64,000 bases of DNA from an uncultured Gammaproteobacteria bacterium. GTDB taxonomy: Bacteria > Patescibacteriota > Microgenomatia > Levybacterales > GWA1-39-11. The DNA lies in the NCBI GenBank assembly GCA_964425075.1, contig CAYRKM010000002.1:64058-128057 (forward strand), in the 5' to 3' direction. This document shows positions 37,350 through 44,618 of the stretch, piece after piece. The position numbers and the translations under genes were made by a program. Positions within the stretch are counted from its first letter, which is position 1. The number at the start of each line of letters is the position of its first letter. Under the pieces are notes generated by a model. The model did not search any database and was not told where the DNA came from. It was given only the letters and a program-made list of their open reading frames with translations.

Positions 37350-37491
37350 TGATGTGCCTGCACTGTGCAAGAAGTGTTACGTTGTGAAACAAAGTCTCGA
37401 AGTGCTTTCATCGATCAAGAAGTGCTTGCGCTGAACGAAATGGAAGCCTGCACTGAATGAAGTTGAGGTGCTTGCACTGAACGTAGTGAAG
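37350..37491 (+). repeat. tRNA-flanking repeat array (>=5 irregularly spaced units), 3' side of tRNA-Leu(CAG)
   Basis: Five irregularly spaced GTGCYTGCRCTGA-type cores, e.g. gatgtgcctgcactgtg, gaagtgcttgcgctgaa, gaggtgcttgcactgaa. Confidence 0.75.
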
Positions 37492-37574
37492 TGCCCGAAA
37501 AAGGAGTCGAACCTTCACACCCATAAGGGCACAGCGTTCTGAACACTGCGTGTCTACCATTCCACCATTCGGGC
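37492..37574 (-). tRNA. tRNA-Leu (CAG)
   Basis: Reverse complement has acceptor gcccgaa/ttcgggc, anticodon loop TTCAGAA, long variable arm. Confidence 0.85.
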
Positions 37575-37718
37575 AACAAACATATTGTAACAGAGACAAT
37601 TTATATCATAATTACTCAATTTCAAAGAAAAAAATTTGCCTGTAAATATTACCTTTAGACTATCTTATCAATCCAAACAGCACTTGACCAGAATTTTTTT
37701 TTATGGTTCTATAGAAAG

Positions 37719-38351
37719 ATGCAAGACAGGGTAAACACTAATTCCTCTAATTTTGAAAGCAAAAGCAATTCATCTCTTAAAAAGGTTTTGTTAGTAAGCA
37801 TTTATTTATCAGCCATTCCAATATTTATCGTTTTTGTAATGCTGTTTTCTCTTTACGCAAAGTACGACGTCAATGGATATATTTCTCGTCAGAATATTTC
37901 CCTTAATTACCGAGCTTTACCTGAAAATAGTAATAATAGTACTGTTTCTCTTGAAGCAGACGACGCTAGAATTCAAGCTCTCGAGGAGTTATTTGATACT
38001 TATGACTCACCTCTAGTTGGTCATGCAGCAAAAATAGTAGAAGAGGCTGATAAGCACAATATAGACTATAGACTTTTACCCTCAATCGCTATGCAAGAAA
38101 GCACTTTGTGTAAAAAAATTATAAAAGACTCTCATAATTGCTGGGGTTTTGGAATTTATGGAGGAAAAGTAACAAAATTTGATAACTATAATGAGGCAAT
38201 AGAAACTGTAACAAGAACATTATCCAAAAAATATGTTCAAGCTGGACTTGAAGAACCACATGAAATTGTAGAGAAATATACGCCATCTGATGACGGAAAA
38301 TGGGCAAATGTAGTCAATATGATGATGGAAACTATCAAAAACTCACTTTAA
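37719..38351 (+). CDS. N-anchored putative peptidoglycan N-acetylglucosaminidase (GH73-like)
   Basis: N-terminal TM; region LLPSIAMQESTLCKK resembles the GH73 catalytic-Glu block (A.A.LESGWG). Confidence 0.4.
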   Translation: MQDRVNTNSSNFESKSNSSLKKVLLVSIYLSAIPIFIVFVMLFSLYAKYDVNGYISRQNISLNYRALPENSNNSTVSLEADDARIQALEELFDTYDSPLVGHAAKIVEEADKHNIDYRLLPSIAMQESTLCKKIIKDSHNCWGFGIYGGKVTKFDNYNEAIETVTRTLSKKYVQAGLEEPHEIVEKYTPSDDGKWANVVNMMMETIKNSL

Positions 38352-38538
38352 TAGCCTCAAAAGCACATTTGCATCCCGTAGTATACCCCTTGACAAACCC
38401 ATAGTGTAATGATATACTTCGTACTAGATCCTAAGGTAGCCCAAAACTACTTTAGGATTTTTTTTGCCTAAAAAACTTAGGTAATTCTTCTCATTAATTT
38501 CCCCAAATCGGCCGAGAGTAAGACTCGACCCATATCTA

Positions 38539-39129
38539 ATGCAACTTATAAAGGTTACATTAAATATGAAAAGATATATTTTACCTATTATACTTTTGGC
38601 TTTTGCCAACGCAGCTATGCCATGGGCCCTTATGCCTAGGGTGTATCAAGCCTACGCGAAAGATACTGCATATACAAATGCGGAACTTTCTGTGGCTTTA
38701 AAAAATACTTCAGGAAATGACATGCGTGTTGATGCTTTGAGAATTATTTTTGAAAAGCGCAACTCTCCTTTAGTGCCTTATGCTAAGGCATATGTAGAAC
38801 TTGCTGATAAGCACGGTGTTGACTGGAAACTTTTACCTGCTATTTCAGGTCTTGAATCCTCATTTGGTATTCATTTAATGCCTGGCTCCCACAATGGTTA
38901 TGGGTGGGGTGGTGGACATATCTACTTCTCGTCTTGGGAAGAGGGTATTGATACTATTAACAAGGCTCTTGCTGAAAAGTATTATGGCCGTGGGGCAAAT
39001 ACTGTATGGAAAATTGGTCCTATTTATGCTGAGTCGCCTACTTGGGCTGTGAGAGTAAATAGCTTTATGGAGCAAATTGAGGCCGAGCATAACAAATTGC
39101 AAAACTCTAAGCTTGCCTTGACTATTTAA
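38539..39129 (+). CDS. paralog of the upstream GH73-like protein
   Basis: Shares the blocks YDSPLVGHA/RNSPLVPYA and LLPSIAMQES/LLPAISGLES with the 37719-38351 ORF. Confidence 0.4.
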   Translation: MQLIKVTLNMKRYILPIILLAFANAAMPWALMPRVYQAYAKDTAYTNAELSVALKNTSGNDMRVDALRIIFEKRNSPLVPYAKAYVELADKHGVDWKLLPAISGLESSFGIHLMPGSHNGYGWGGGHIYFSSWEEGIDTINKALAEKYYGRGANTVWKIGPIYAESPTWAVRVNSFMEQIEAEHNKLQNSKLALTI

Positions 39130-39170
39130 GGATAGCCTCAAACCCTCTTTTAGAGTATAATTGCCATATT

Positions 39171-39253
39171 GCCCGAGTGGTGAAATGGTATACACGCTAG
39201 TTTTAGGAACTAGTACCCTTACAGGTGTGGAGGTTCGAGTCCTCTCTCGGGCA
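39171..39253 (+). tRNA. tRNA-Leu (TAG)
   Basis: Acceptor gcccgag/ctcgggc, anticodon stem ctagt/actag, loop TTTAGGA, long variable arm. Confidence 0.85.
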
Positions 39254-39352
39254 CTTCACTACGTTCAGTGCAAGCACCTCAACTTCATTCAGTGCAGGCT
39301 TCCATTTCGTTCAGTGCAAGTACTTCGGGGCCTTGTTTCTCAGCGCTTGCAC
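39254..39352 (+). repeat. tRNA-flanking repeat array, 3' side of tRNA-Leu(TAG); same family in reverse orientation
   Basis: ttcagtgcaagcacctc / ttcagtgcaggcttcc / ttcagtgcaagtacttc. Confidence 0.75.
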
Positions 39353-39387
39353 AAAAAATACCTATTCTCTTGCACCCATAATTTCGC

Positions 39388-40341
39388 TTGTGTTACGCTA
39401 AATACATGGTATTTCTTCAGGCTTTAGTGCTGCTTGGCTCTTTTGTAACCATTTGGTATGGGGCAGGACTTATTGTTGCTTCTGCGAATAAATTTGCGCA
39501 CAAAATACGAATTTCATCATTTGCTTTTTCTTTCCTTGTATTAGGAATTCTTACGTCAACACCTGAGTTTGGTGTCGGCGTAACTGCTGTTGCTGAAAAT
39601 AGCCCCGAAATATTTATCGGAAACCTAATCGGAGGAATACCCGTGCTTTTTCTCTTTGTAATACCAATCCTTGCTATCTTTGGGAGGGGAATAAACCTCA
39701 AAAATAAAATTAATCCCAAAAATCTTTTCTTCTCATTTATTGTTATGCTTCTGCCTGCTTTTTTTATAATCGATAAAGAGGTTACAAATTTTGAGGCTAT
39801 TATTATGATAGGTGCATACTTAGCCCTAGCTTATTCTATTCAGAAAAGTCACGGTTTTCTGGATGCAAATAATAGAAATATTCTTCACATAAAGTCATAC
39901 TCAACACAGGATATTTTAAAGATTCTCTATGGGGTTGGACTTGTTTTTGTTGCAAGTCACTATATTGTTGACGGGACTCGATTTTTTGCGGATCAATTAC
40001 AGGTATCGACATTTTATATCAGCCTTATTTTGCTCTCGATTGGTACTAATTTGCCAGAATTATCGCTTGCAATAAGAAGTATCATCTCGGGCAACAAAGA
40101 TGTAGCATTTGGAGACTATGTAGGCTCTGGAGCTGCTAATACCGTGCTCTTTGGGATATTTACACTTTTAACGCATGGTAACGTCTTGACGGTTAATCAT
40201 TTTCTTCCAGCCTTTATCCTGATGGGTGTAGGGCTTGGACTATTTTATGTATTCGCACGCTCAAAAGACATTATTTCTCAAAAGGAGGGGCTAGCTCTTT
40301 TTGCAGTATATATACTTTTTCTTATTCTTGAATTAAGTTAA
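39388..40341 (+). CDS. CaCA-family (Na+/Ca2+ exchanger-like, YrbG-type) membrane protein
   Basis: Two alpha-repeat signatures GILTSTPEF and GTNLPELSLAI. Confidence 0.7.
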   Translation: MCYAKYMVFLQALVLLGSFVTIWYGAGLIVASANKFAHKIRISSFAFSFLVLGILTSTPEFGVGVTAVAENSPEIFIGNLIGGIPVLFLFVIPILAIFGRGINLKNKINPKNLFFSFIVMLLPAFFIIDKEVTNFEAIIMIGAYLALAYSIQKSHGFLDANNRNILHIKSYSTQDILKILYGVGLVFVASHYIVDGTRFFADQLQVSTFYISLILLSIGTNLPELSLAIRSIISGNKDVAFGDYVGSGAANTVLFGIFTLLTHGNVLTVNHFLPAFILMGVGLGLFYVFARSKDIISQKEGLALFAVYILFLILELS

Positions 40342-40383
40342 TATTCTTTACAAACTTATCAATCCCCCCTATAATATCAACTT

Positions 40384-41244
40384 ATGGCTGAAACAAAAGC
40401 ACCCAAAACTACAAAACCAACCGAGGGAATTACAAGAAAACCCGATGGAACTATCGAGCTTACTGTTGTTATTCCTTGGTCAACGGCTTTAAAGGCACGA
40501 GAGGAAATAGAGGAGGATCTTCTTAAACACGTACAAGTTGCAGGCTTTAGAAAAGGTGCCGCTCCCAAAAATATTGCTAAAGGAAAACTAAATCCGGAGT
40601 TGGTTAGGGAAGAAATGCTTAAAAAGCTTATCGGAAAAGCATATAACGAAGCAGTAGAAAAGGAAAAACTTGTTCCTATTATTTCCCCAAGAATTCATAT
40701 AGACGTCTTTGAGGAAGGAACTGATATTGTATTTACAGCGGAAACTTGCGAAGAGCCTCAGGTTGAGCTTGGCAAATATAAAGACGACATACAGAAAGTG
40801 ACAGCGAAAGGTAAAATTATTGTACCCGGAAAAGAAGAAGAAAAGCCCTCCGTAGACGAGATACTTACCGCAGGTATTTCAGGAACAAAAATACAAATTC
40901 CCAATGTATTGGTAGAAAATGAAATCTCAAGACTTTTATCTCAAATGCTTGATGAGCTGAAGAAAATTGGCCTTACGCTTGATCAATATTTAGAATCTCG
41001 CAAACTTAATCCTGAACAACTTAGAGAAGAGTATAAAAATAAAGCTGAAAATGACCTTAAATTAGAATTCTTTTTAAGAAAAGTTGCAGATAGTGAGAAA
41101 ATAACTGTTGAAAAAGAGGATATTGAAAAGGCCCTAAACACTATAGAAAATCCAAAAGAACGTGAAGAAATTATGAAAAACCCATATCTTGTCGCCTCAA
41201 TTATAAGACAGCAAAAAACCCTCGATTTTCTTACGAAACTTTAG
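40384..41244 (+). CDS. tig: trigger factor, short form lacking the PPIase domain
   Basis: Ribosome-binding signature GFRKGAAPKN in the N-domain; 286 aa versus ~430 aa for the canonical protein. Confidence 0.6.
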   Translation: MAETKAPKTTKPTEGITRKPDGTIELTVVIPWSTALKAREEIEEDLLKHVQVAGFRKGAAPKNIAKGKLNPELVREEMLKKLIGKAYNEAVEKEKLVPIISPRIHIDVFEEGTDIVFTAETCEEPQVELGKYKDDIQKVTAKGKIIVPGKEEEKPSVDEILTAGISGTKIQIPNVLVENEISRLLSQMLDELKKIGLTLDQYLESRKLNPEQLREEYKNKAENDLKLEFFLRKVADSEKITVEKEDIEKALNTIENPKEREEIMKNPYLVASIIRQQKTLDFLTKL

Positions 41245-41365
41245 ATTCTTGCATAATTCTGTCTTTTTTATTTAAGAATTTCTGATACAATTGAGAAAAG
41301 TACTGCCACTTAGAATAAATTAATATAGGTTGATTTTTGAGCTTAAATCACATATAATTTAGGTT

Positions 41366-42028
41366 ATGAAACGGCAGGGGACAACCCCAAAATTTAAATA
41401 CACTGGTGAAGAAAGGGTTCGCTCTGAGGGAAGTGACTTGCTTGAGAGATTTTTCAAAACCGCAAAAACCGCAACTGAGGCTAAGAAAGTAGTAAGCGGT
41501 GTTCAGTCTGAGGCTAAAAAAAGCTTAGAAACCGCAGCTTTTCAGCTTTTTGGTGTATCTAGAGAGCTTAAGTCTGGACAAGAAGTAAAACTTCAACACG
41601 ACAATGAGGGAAAAGCCCCACATGAAGCAAAACCACAAGTAACTGAGGCTTTTCTTGAATATAGAGCTTCTCTTAGCAAACCAGAGTCCAGAAAGGACAG
41701 AGAGGCTCAGACTGAAATAAGTCAGCAAATTGAAATGGTTTTGGCCGAACTTCGCAACCTAAAAGAATCTTCCGACGAACTAAATGCCGCTTTTAAAGAT
41801 GTTGTTGTGGATGAAGTTCCTGAAAAACCAGGTATTTACCACCTAAGATTCTTTGAGGGATTTTTGAAAATGATAATGAAATTAAGAGAAAAAGTAGACG
41901 ATGCATCCATCTTTGCTAAGCTTTTTAGAAGCCGAAAGCAGGAAAGAAGATACTCATCTATGGCCAAAAAGAGTGGCACAAGCTTTACGCTTCACCACGA
42001 TAGAGCTGTAGCAACCCAAAGCGGATAA
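41366..42028 (+). CDS. hypothetical charged protein
   Basis: 220-aa ORF, Lys/Glu-rich. Confidence 0.4.
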   Translation: MKRQGTTPKFKYTGEERVRSEGSDLLERFFKTAKTATEAKKVVSGVQSEAKKSLETAAFQLFGVSRELKSGQEVKLQHDNEGKAPHEAKPQVTEAFLEYRASLSKPESRKDREAQTEISQQIEMVLAELRNLKESSDELNAAFKDVVVDEVPEKPGIYHLRFFEGFLKMIMKLREKVDDASIFAKLFRSRKQERRYSSMAKKSGTSFTLHHDRAVATQSG

Positions 42029-42042
42029 CTTCCCCAATAATA

Positions 42043-42071
42043 TTGACAAGCAGGCAGTTTCGTTGTTAAAT
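42043..42071 (+). promoter_or_regulatory. sigma-70-like promoter TTGACA-17-TTAAAT, immediately after the stop of the upstream gene
   Basis: ttgaca at 42043-42048, ttaaat at 42066-42071. Confidence 0.4.
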
Positions 42072-42177
42072 ATAATTTATTCTATGAATAAAAACCTTTA
42101 CCACATTGCTATGGTGCTCCTTCTAGGAGTGTAGTAGTGTGGGAGGAAGAGTGATCTAAAACACAAAAAATATTTAT

Positions 42178-42204
42178 AAACCTCCCACCAGGGGAGGTTT
42201 TTTT
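42178..42204 (+). terminator. intrinsic terminator-like hairpin plus T-run
   Basis: aaacctccc-acca-ggggagg-ttttttt. Confidence 0.6.
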
Positions 42205-42228
42205 GTGTGTAAAAAGGAGGTGAAAAAT

Positions 42229-42351
42229 ATGAGAGAAAATAAATTTACAGATGTATCTGAGACAGTGCAGGCTTTGCCTGTCATATTTAAAGTGCAAGAA
42301 AACTCTCAATTCAAAACATGTTTGAACGAAATAATTTTCCTAAAAATTTAG
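42229..42351 (+). CDS. small ORF (40 aa), hypothetical; overlaps the 5' end of the 42318 ORF in another frame
   Basis: ATG 10 nt after SD aaaaaggaggtgaa. Confidence 0.3.
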   Translation: MRENKFTDVSETVQALPVIFKVQENSQFKTCLNEIIFLKI

Positions 42352-42533
42352 ACTTTCTCCCGTTGGAAGAAAGAGAAGCGTTGAGAGCATGCGGACGACT
42401 AGTTGAAGGAGATTTTGGTGGTGAGGAACCTATAAGAGTATTTGAAAGCTCAACCAATTCTTGGGAAACTAGAGAGGTTACACGTTTCGTAGCGCTGGAA
42501 AACGGTGTGCCAGTTACAATTTTTTCCTTATGA
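42318..42533 (+). CDS. small ORF (71 aa), hypothetical
   Basis: ORF-track entry; no obvious SD. Confidence 0.25.
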   Translation: MFERNNFPKNLDFLPLEEREALRACGRLVEGDFGGEEPIRVFESSTNSWETREVTRFVALENGVPVTIFSL

Positions 42534-42620
42534 TACTTGACATAGTATTCGGAAGTTATTAGAATAGATTTTATGCAAAACCAGGTAAAACTATTTTCGT
42601 TTTACTTTACCTTCGCCTAG

Positions 42621-42694
42621 CGGAGGTTGGTTTTCATTGTAAAAATTAACCTCCGAAGACTCGAACAGTCGAGTCGCTAGCGGAGGTTTTTTTG
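42621..42694 (+). promoter_or_regulatory. terminator/antiterminator-type leader: central aacctccg can pair with either of two cggaggtt copies
   Basis: cggaggtt (42621-28), aacctccg (42648-55), cggaggtt (42681-88) followed by TTTTTTT; the inner gactcg/cgagtc helix extends the terminator. Confidence 0.5.
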
Positions 42695-42759
42695 TGGATT
42701 AATGGAAAAAATTGGCTTGCCCAGAGGAAGTAAAGCCAACGAAAGGAGGTGAATTATTT

Positions 42760-42972
42760 ATGGTTATAGAAACAAGACAACAAATGAAAGCTGGTGTTAT
42801 GGACACTATGGCTATGCCAGGGCCTACAGCTAAGGGATCGAACTCTCTGTGGCTTGAAAAGGCTATTGCGTTTAATAAACTTGCACGCGAAGGAGCTGAG
42901 CATGATGCCCAAGTAATTGCTTTTGCTGAACTAGCTGCAAATGTTCCTTACACATTAAAGGTAATCCGCTAG
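42760..42972 (+). CDS. small protein (70 aa), hypothetical
   Basis: ATG 9 nt after SD gaaaggaggtgaa; in frame with track ORF 42712-42972. Confidence 0.4.
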   Translation: MVIETRQQMKAGVMDTMAMPGPTAKGSNSLWLEKAIAFNKLAREGAEHDAQVIAFAELAANVPYTLKVIR

Positions 42973-43010
42973 CTAGCACACAAAATTTTAAAAGAAAGGA
43001 GGAAAAAAAT

Positions 43011-43241
43011 ATGAGCGAAATATTAAGAAGAGCAGGTTATCATAGCACTCTTGCAGACGTTGGTACTCTACGTGAAGCAAGACCAGCTAACCATCACACC
43101 ACTAATATGCCAGATGGTGATTTGCCTGTTTTTGATCAGGAACAAGCCGAATTTGGATATCCTGCGCAATCAGCATTACCAAAAGAAACGCCTATGCCAG
43201 AGTCCTTGCTTCATGCAGGAGAACCTTTGAAGATTTTATAA
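43011..43241 (+). CDS. small protein (76 aa), hypothetical
   Basis: ATG after SD gaaaggagg. Confidence 0.4.
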   Translation: MSEILRRAGYHSTLADVGTLREARPANHHTTNMPDGDLPVFDQEQAEFGYPAQSALPKETPMPESLLHAGEPLKIL

Positions 43242-43451
43242 TATTAAGAGTTTCTTGATTTGAGGCAAAAAATACATTACACTACGGAAAAGTGAACAAT
43301 TGGTTCAGTTGGTTGCGATGAATTCATTCATCGAGCGATGTTAGAAGTGTGGAGTTGTAACTCAGTTGGGGTTCGACTTTTGAAAAATGGACTCATAAGC
43401 AGAGTTTGCTTTTTGTTTTCGAAAAGTAGCTCAGTTGGTTACATTTTGTGT

Positions 43452-43525
43452 GGACGATTAGCTCAGTTGGTTAGAGCGTTGCATTGACATTGCAAAGGTC
43501 ACAAGTTCGAATCTTGTATCGTCCA
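43452..43525 (+). tRNA. tRNA-Val (GAC)
   Basis: Acceptor ggacgat/atcgtcc, anticodon stem ttgca/tgcaa, loop TTGACAT, T-loop TTCGAAT. Confidence 0.85.
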
Positions 43526-43620
43526 CACAAAATGCGCTGAAGCGTTGCATTGACATTGCAGAGGCCAGAGAAGGAATTTCATTAATGAAATTCGACTGTC
43601 GTCAGCGAATCCTCTTGGGT

Positions 43621-43694
43621 CCACTTCACTTCGTTCAGTGCAGGCACTTCAGTTTCGTTCAGCACGGGTACTTCGTTACACTCAGCACAGACAC
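43621..43694 (+). repeat. tRNA-flanking repeat array, 3' side of tRNA-Val(GAC)
   Basis: ttcagtgcaggcacttc / ttcagcacgggtacttc / ctcagcacagacac. Confidence 0.65.
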
Positions 43695-43761
43695 ATTTTC
43701 CCATACTTGATACATACTTCAAAATACTTAATACTTAATACTAAATACTTAATTCTTTCTT

Positions 43762-44340
43762 ATGACCCGGCAAGAGGCATATCAAACACTACAGCTATAT
43801 ACAAAGTCTCAAACTCTAATTCGCCATCATTTGGCAGTTGAGGCAGCCATGCGTGCTGTTGCAAAAAAACTCATTTCTAAAGGTATTGAAAACATTGATA
43901 TTGAGCTTTGGGGGTTAACTGGACTGTTGCATGACGCAGACTACGAGATTACACGCAAAAATCCTGAAAGACATACTCTTTATCTCGAAGAAAAACTAGG
44001 CAAAACCCTTCCCCCAGGCGTAATTCAAGCAATAAAATCTCATAACAGCAAACACACAAACACTCAGCCCCAAACACCTATGGACTGGGCACTTTTCTGC
44101 GTAGATGAGCTTACAGGATTTGTTATCAAAACTGCGATGCTTACGAATGACAAGAGAATAGCAAGCCTTTCCTCGGACGGAGTGATATTACAGATAAACG
44201 ATAAATCAAATGCGAAATATGTAAAAAAAGAGCAAATTCTCGCATGCGAAACTCAACTTCACATTCCACTAAAAGAATTTGTAGAGCTCGTCCTTAACTC
44301 GATGAAGACTGTTGCAAACCAGCTTGGATTTACTCAATAA
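43762..44340 (+). CDS. HD-domain phosphohydrolase
   Basis: HD motif in GLLHDADYEIT with upstream His. Confidence 0.6.
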   Translation: MTRQEAYQTLQLYTKSQTLIRHHLAVEAAMRAVAKKLISKGIENIDIELWGLTGLLHDADYEITRKNPERHTLYLEEKLGKTLPPGVIQAIKSHNSKHTNTQPQTPMDWALFCVDELTGFVIKTAMLTNDKRIASLSSDGVILQINDKSNAKYVKKEQILACETQLHIPLKEFVELVLNSMKTVANQLGFTQ

Positions 44341-44347
44341 TAGAAAT

Positions 44348-44569
44348 ATGGAACCTGTTGAAAAAATACACCGCTCTAGGGGGAAAATGATGTTTGAAAA
44401 TTTCCTGGGTGGTATTGCTTGGTCGCTTGGGGTTACATTTGGATGGGCTATAATAATTGCGATAATTGCTATAGTCCTTTCAAAAATCAACTATGTGCCC
44501 GTAGTTGGCGATTTTATTTTAAATATAATAAATTATGTTGCAAAACATCAAAGCCCTTTTTCTTTTTAA
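44348..44569 (+). CDS. small membrane protein, hypothetical
   Basis: Hydrophobic core GIAWSLGVTFGWAIIIAIIAIVL; start ambiguous (ATG 44348 or 44387). Confidence 0.35.
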   Translation: MEPVEKIHRSRGKMMFENFLGGIAWSLGVTFGWAIIIAIIAIVLSKINYVPVVGDFILNIINYVAKHQSPFSF

Positions 44570-44618
44570 AAATGCTTTCCATCTTCAATCTTGAGGCTAT
44601 TTCTGTTAGAATACATAC

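Noticed and set aside
43638-43841. 67-aa plus-strand ORF upstream of or overlapping the HD gene
   Set aside because: It starts inside the tRNA-Val repeat array, runs through the TACTTAA repeats, and ends inside the HD gene, which has the more credible frame.
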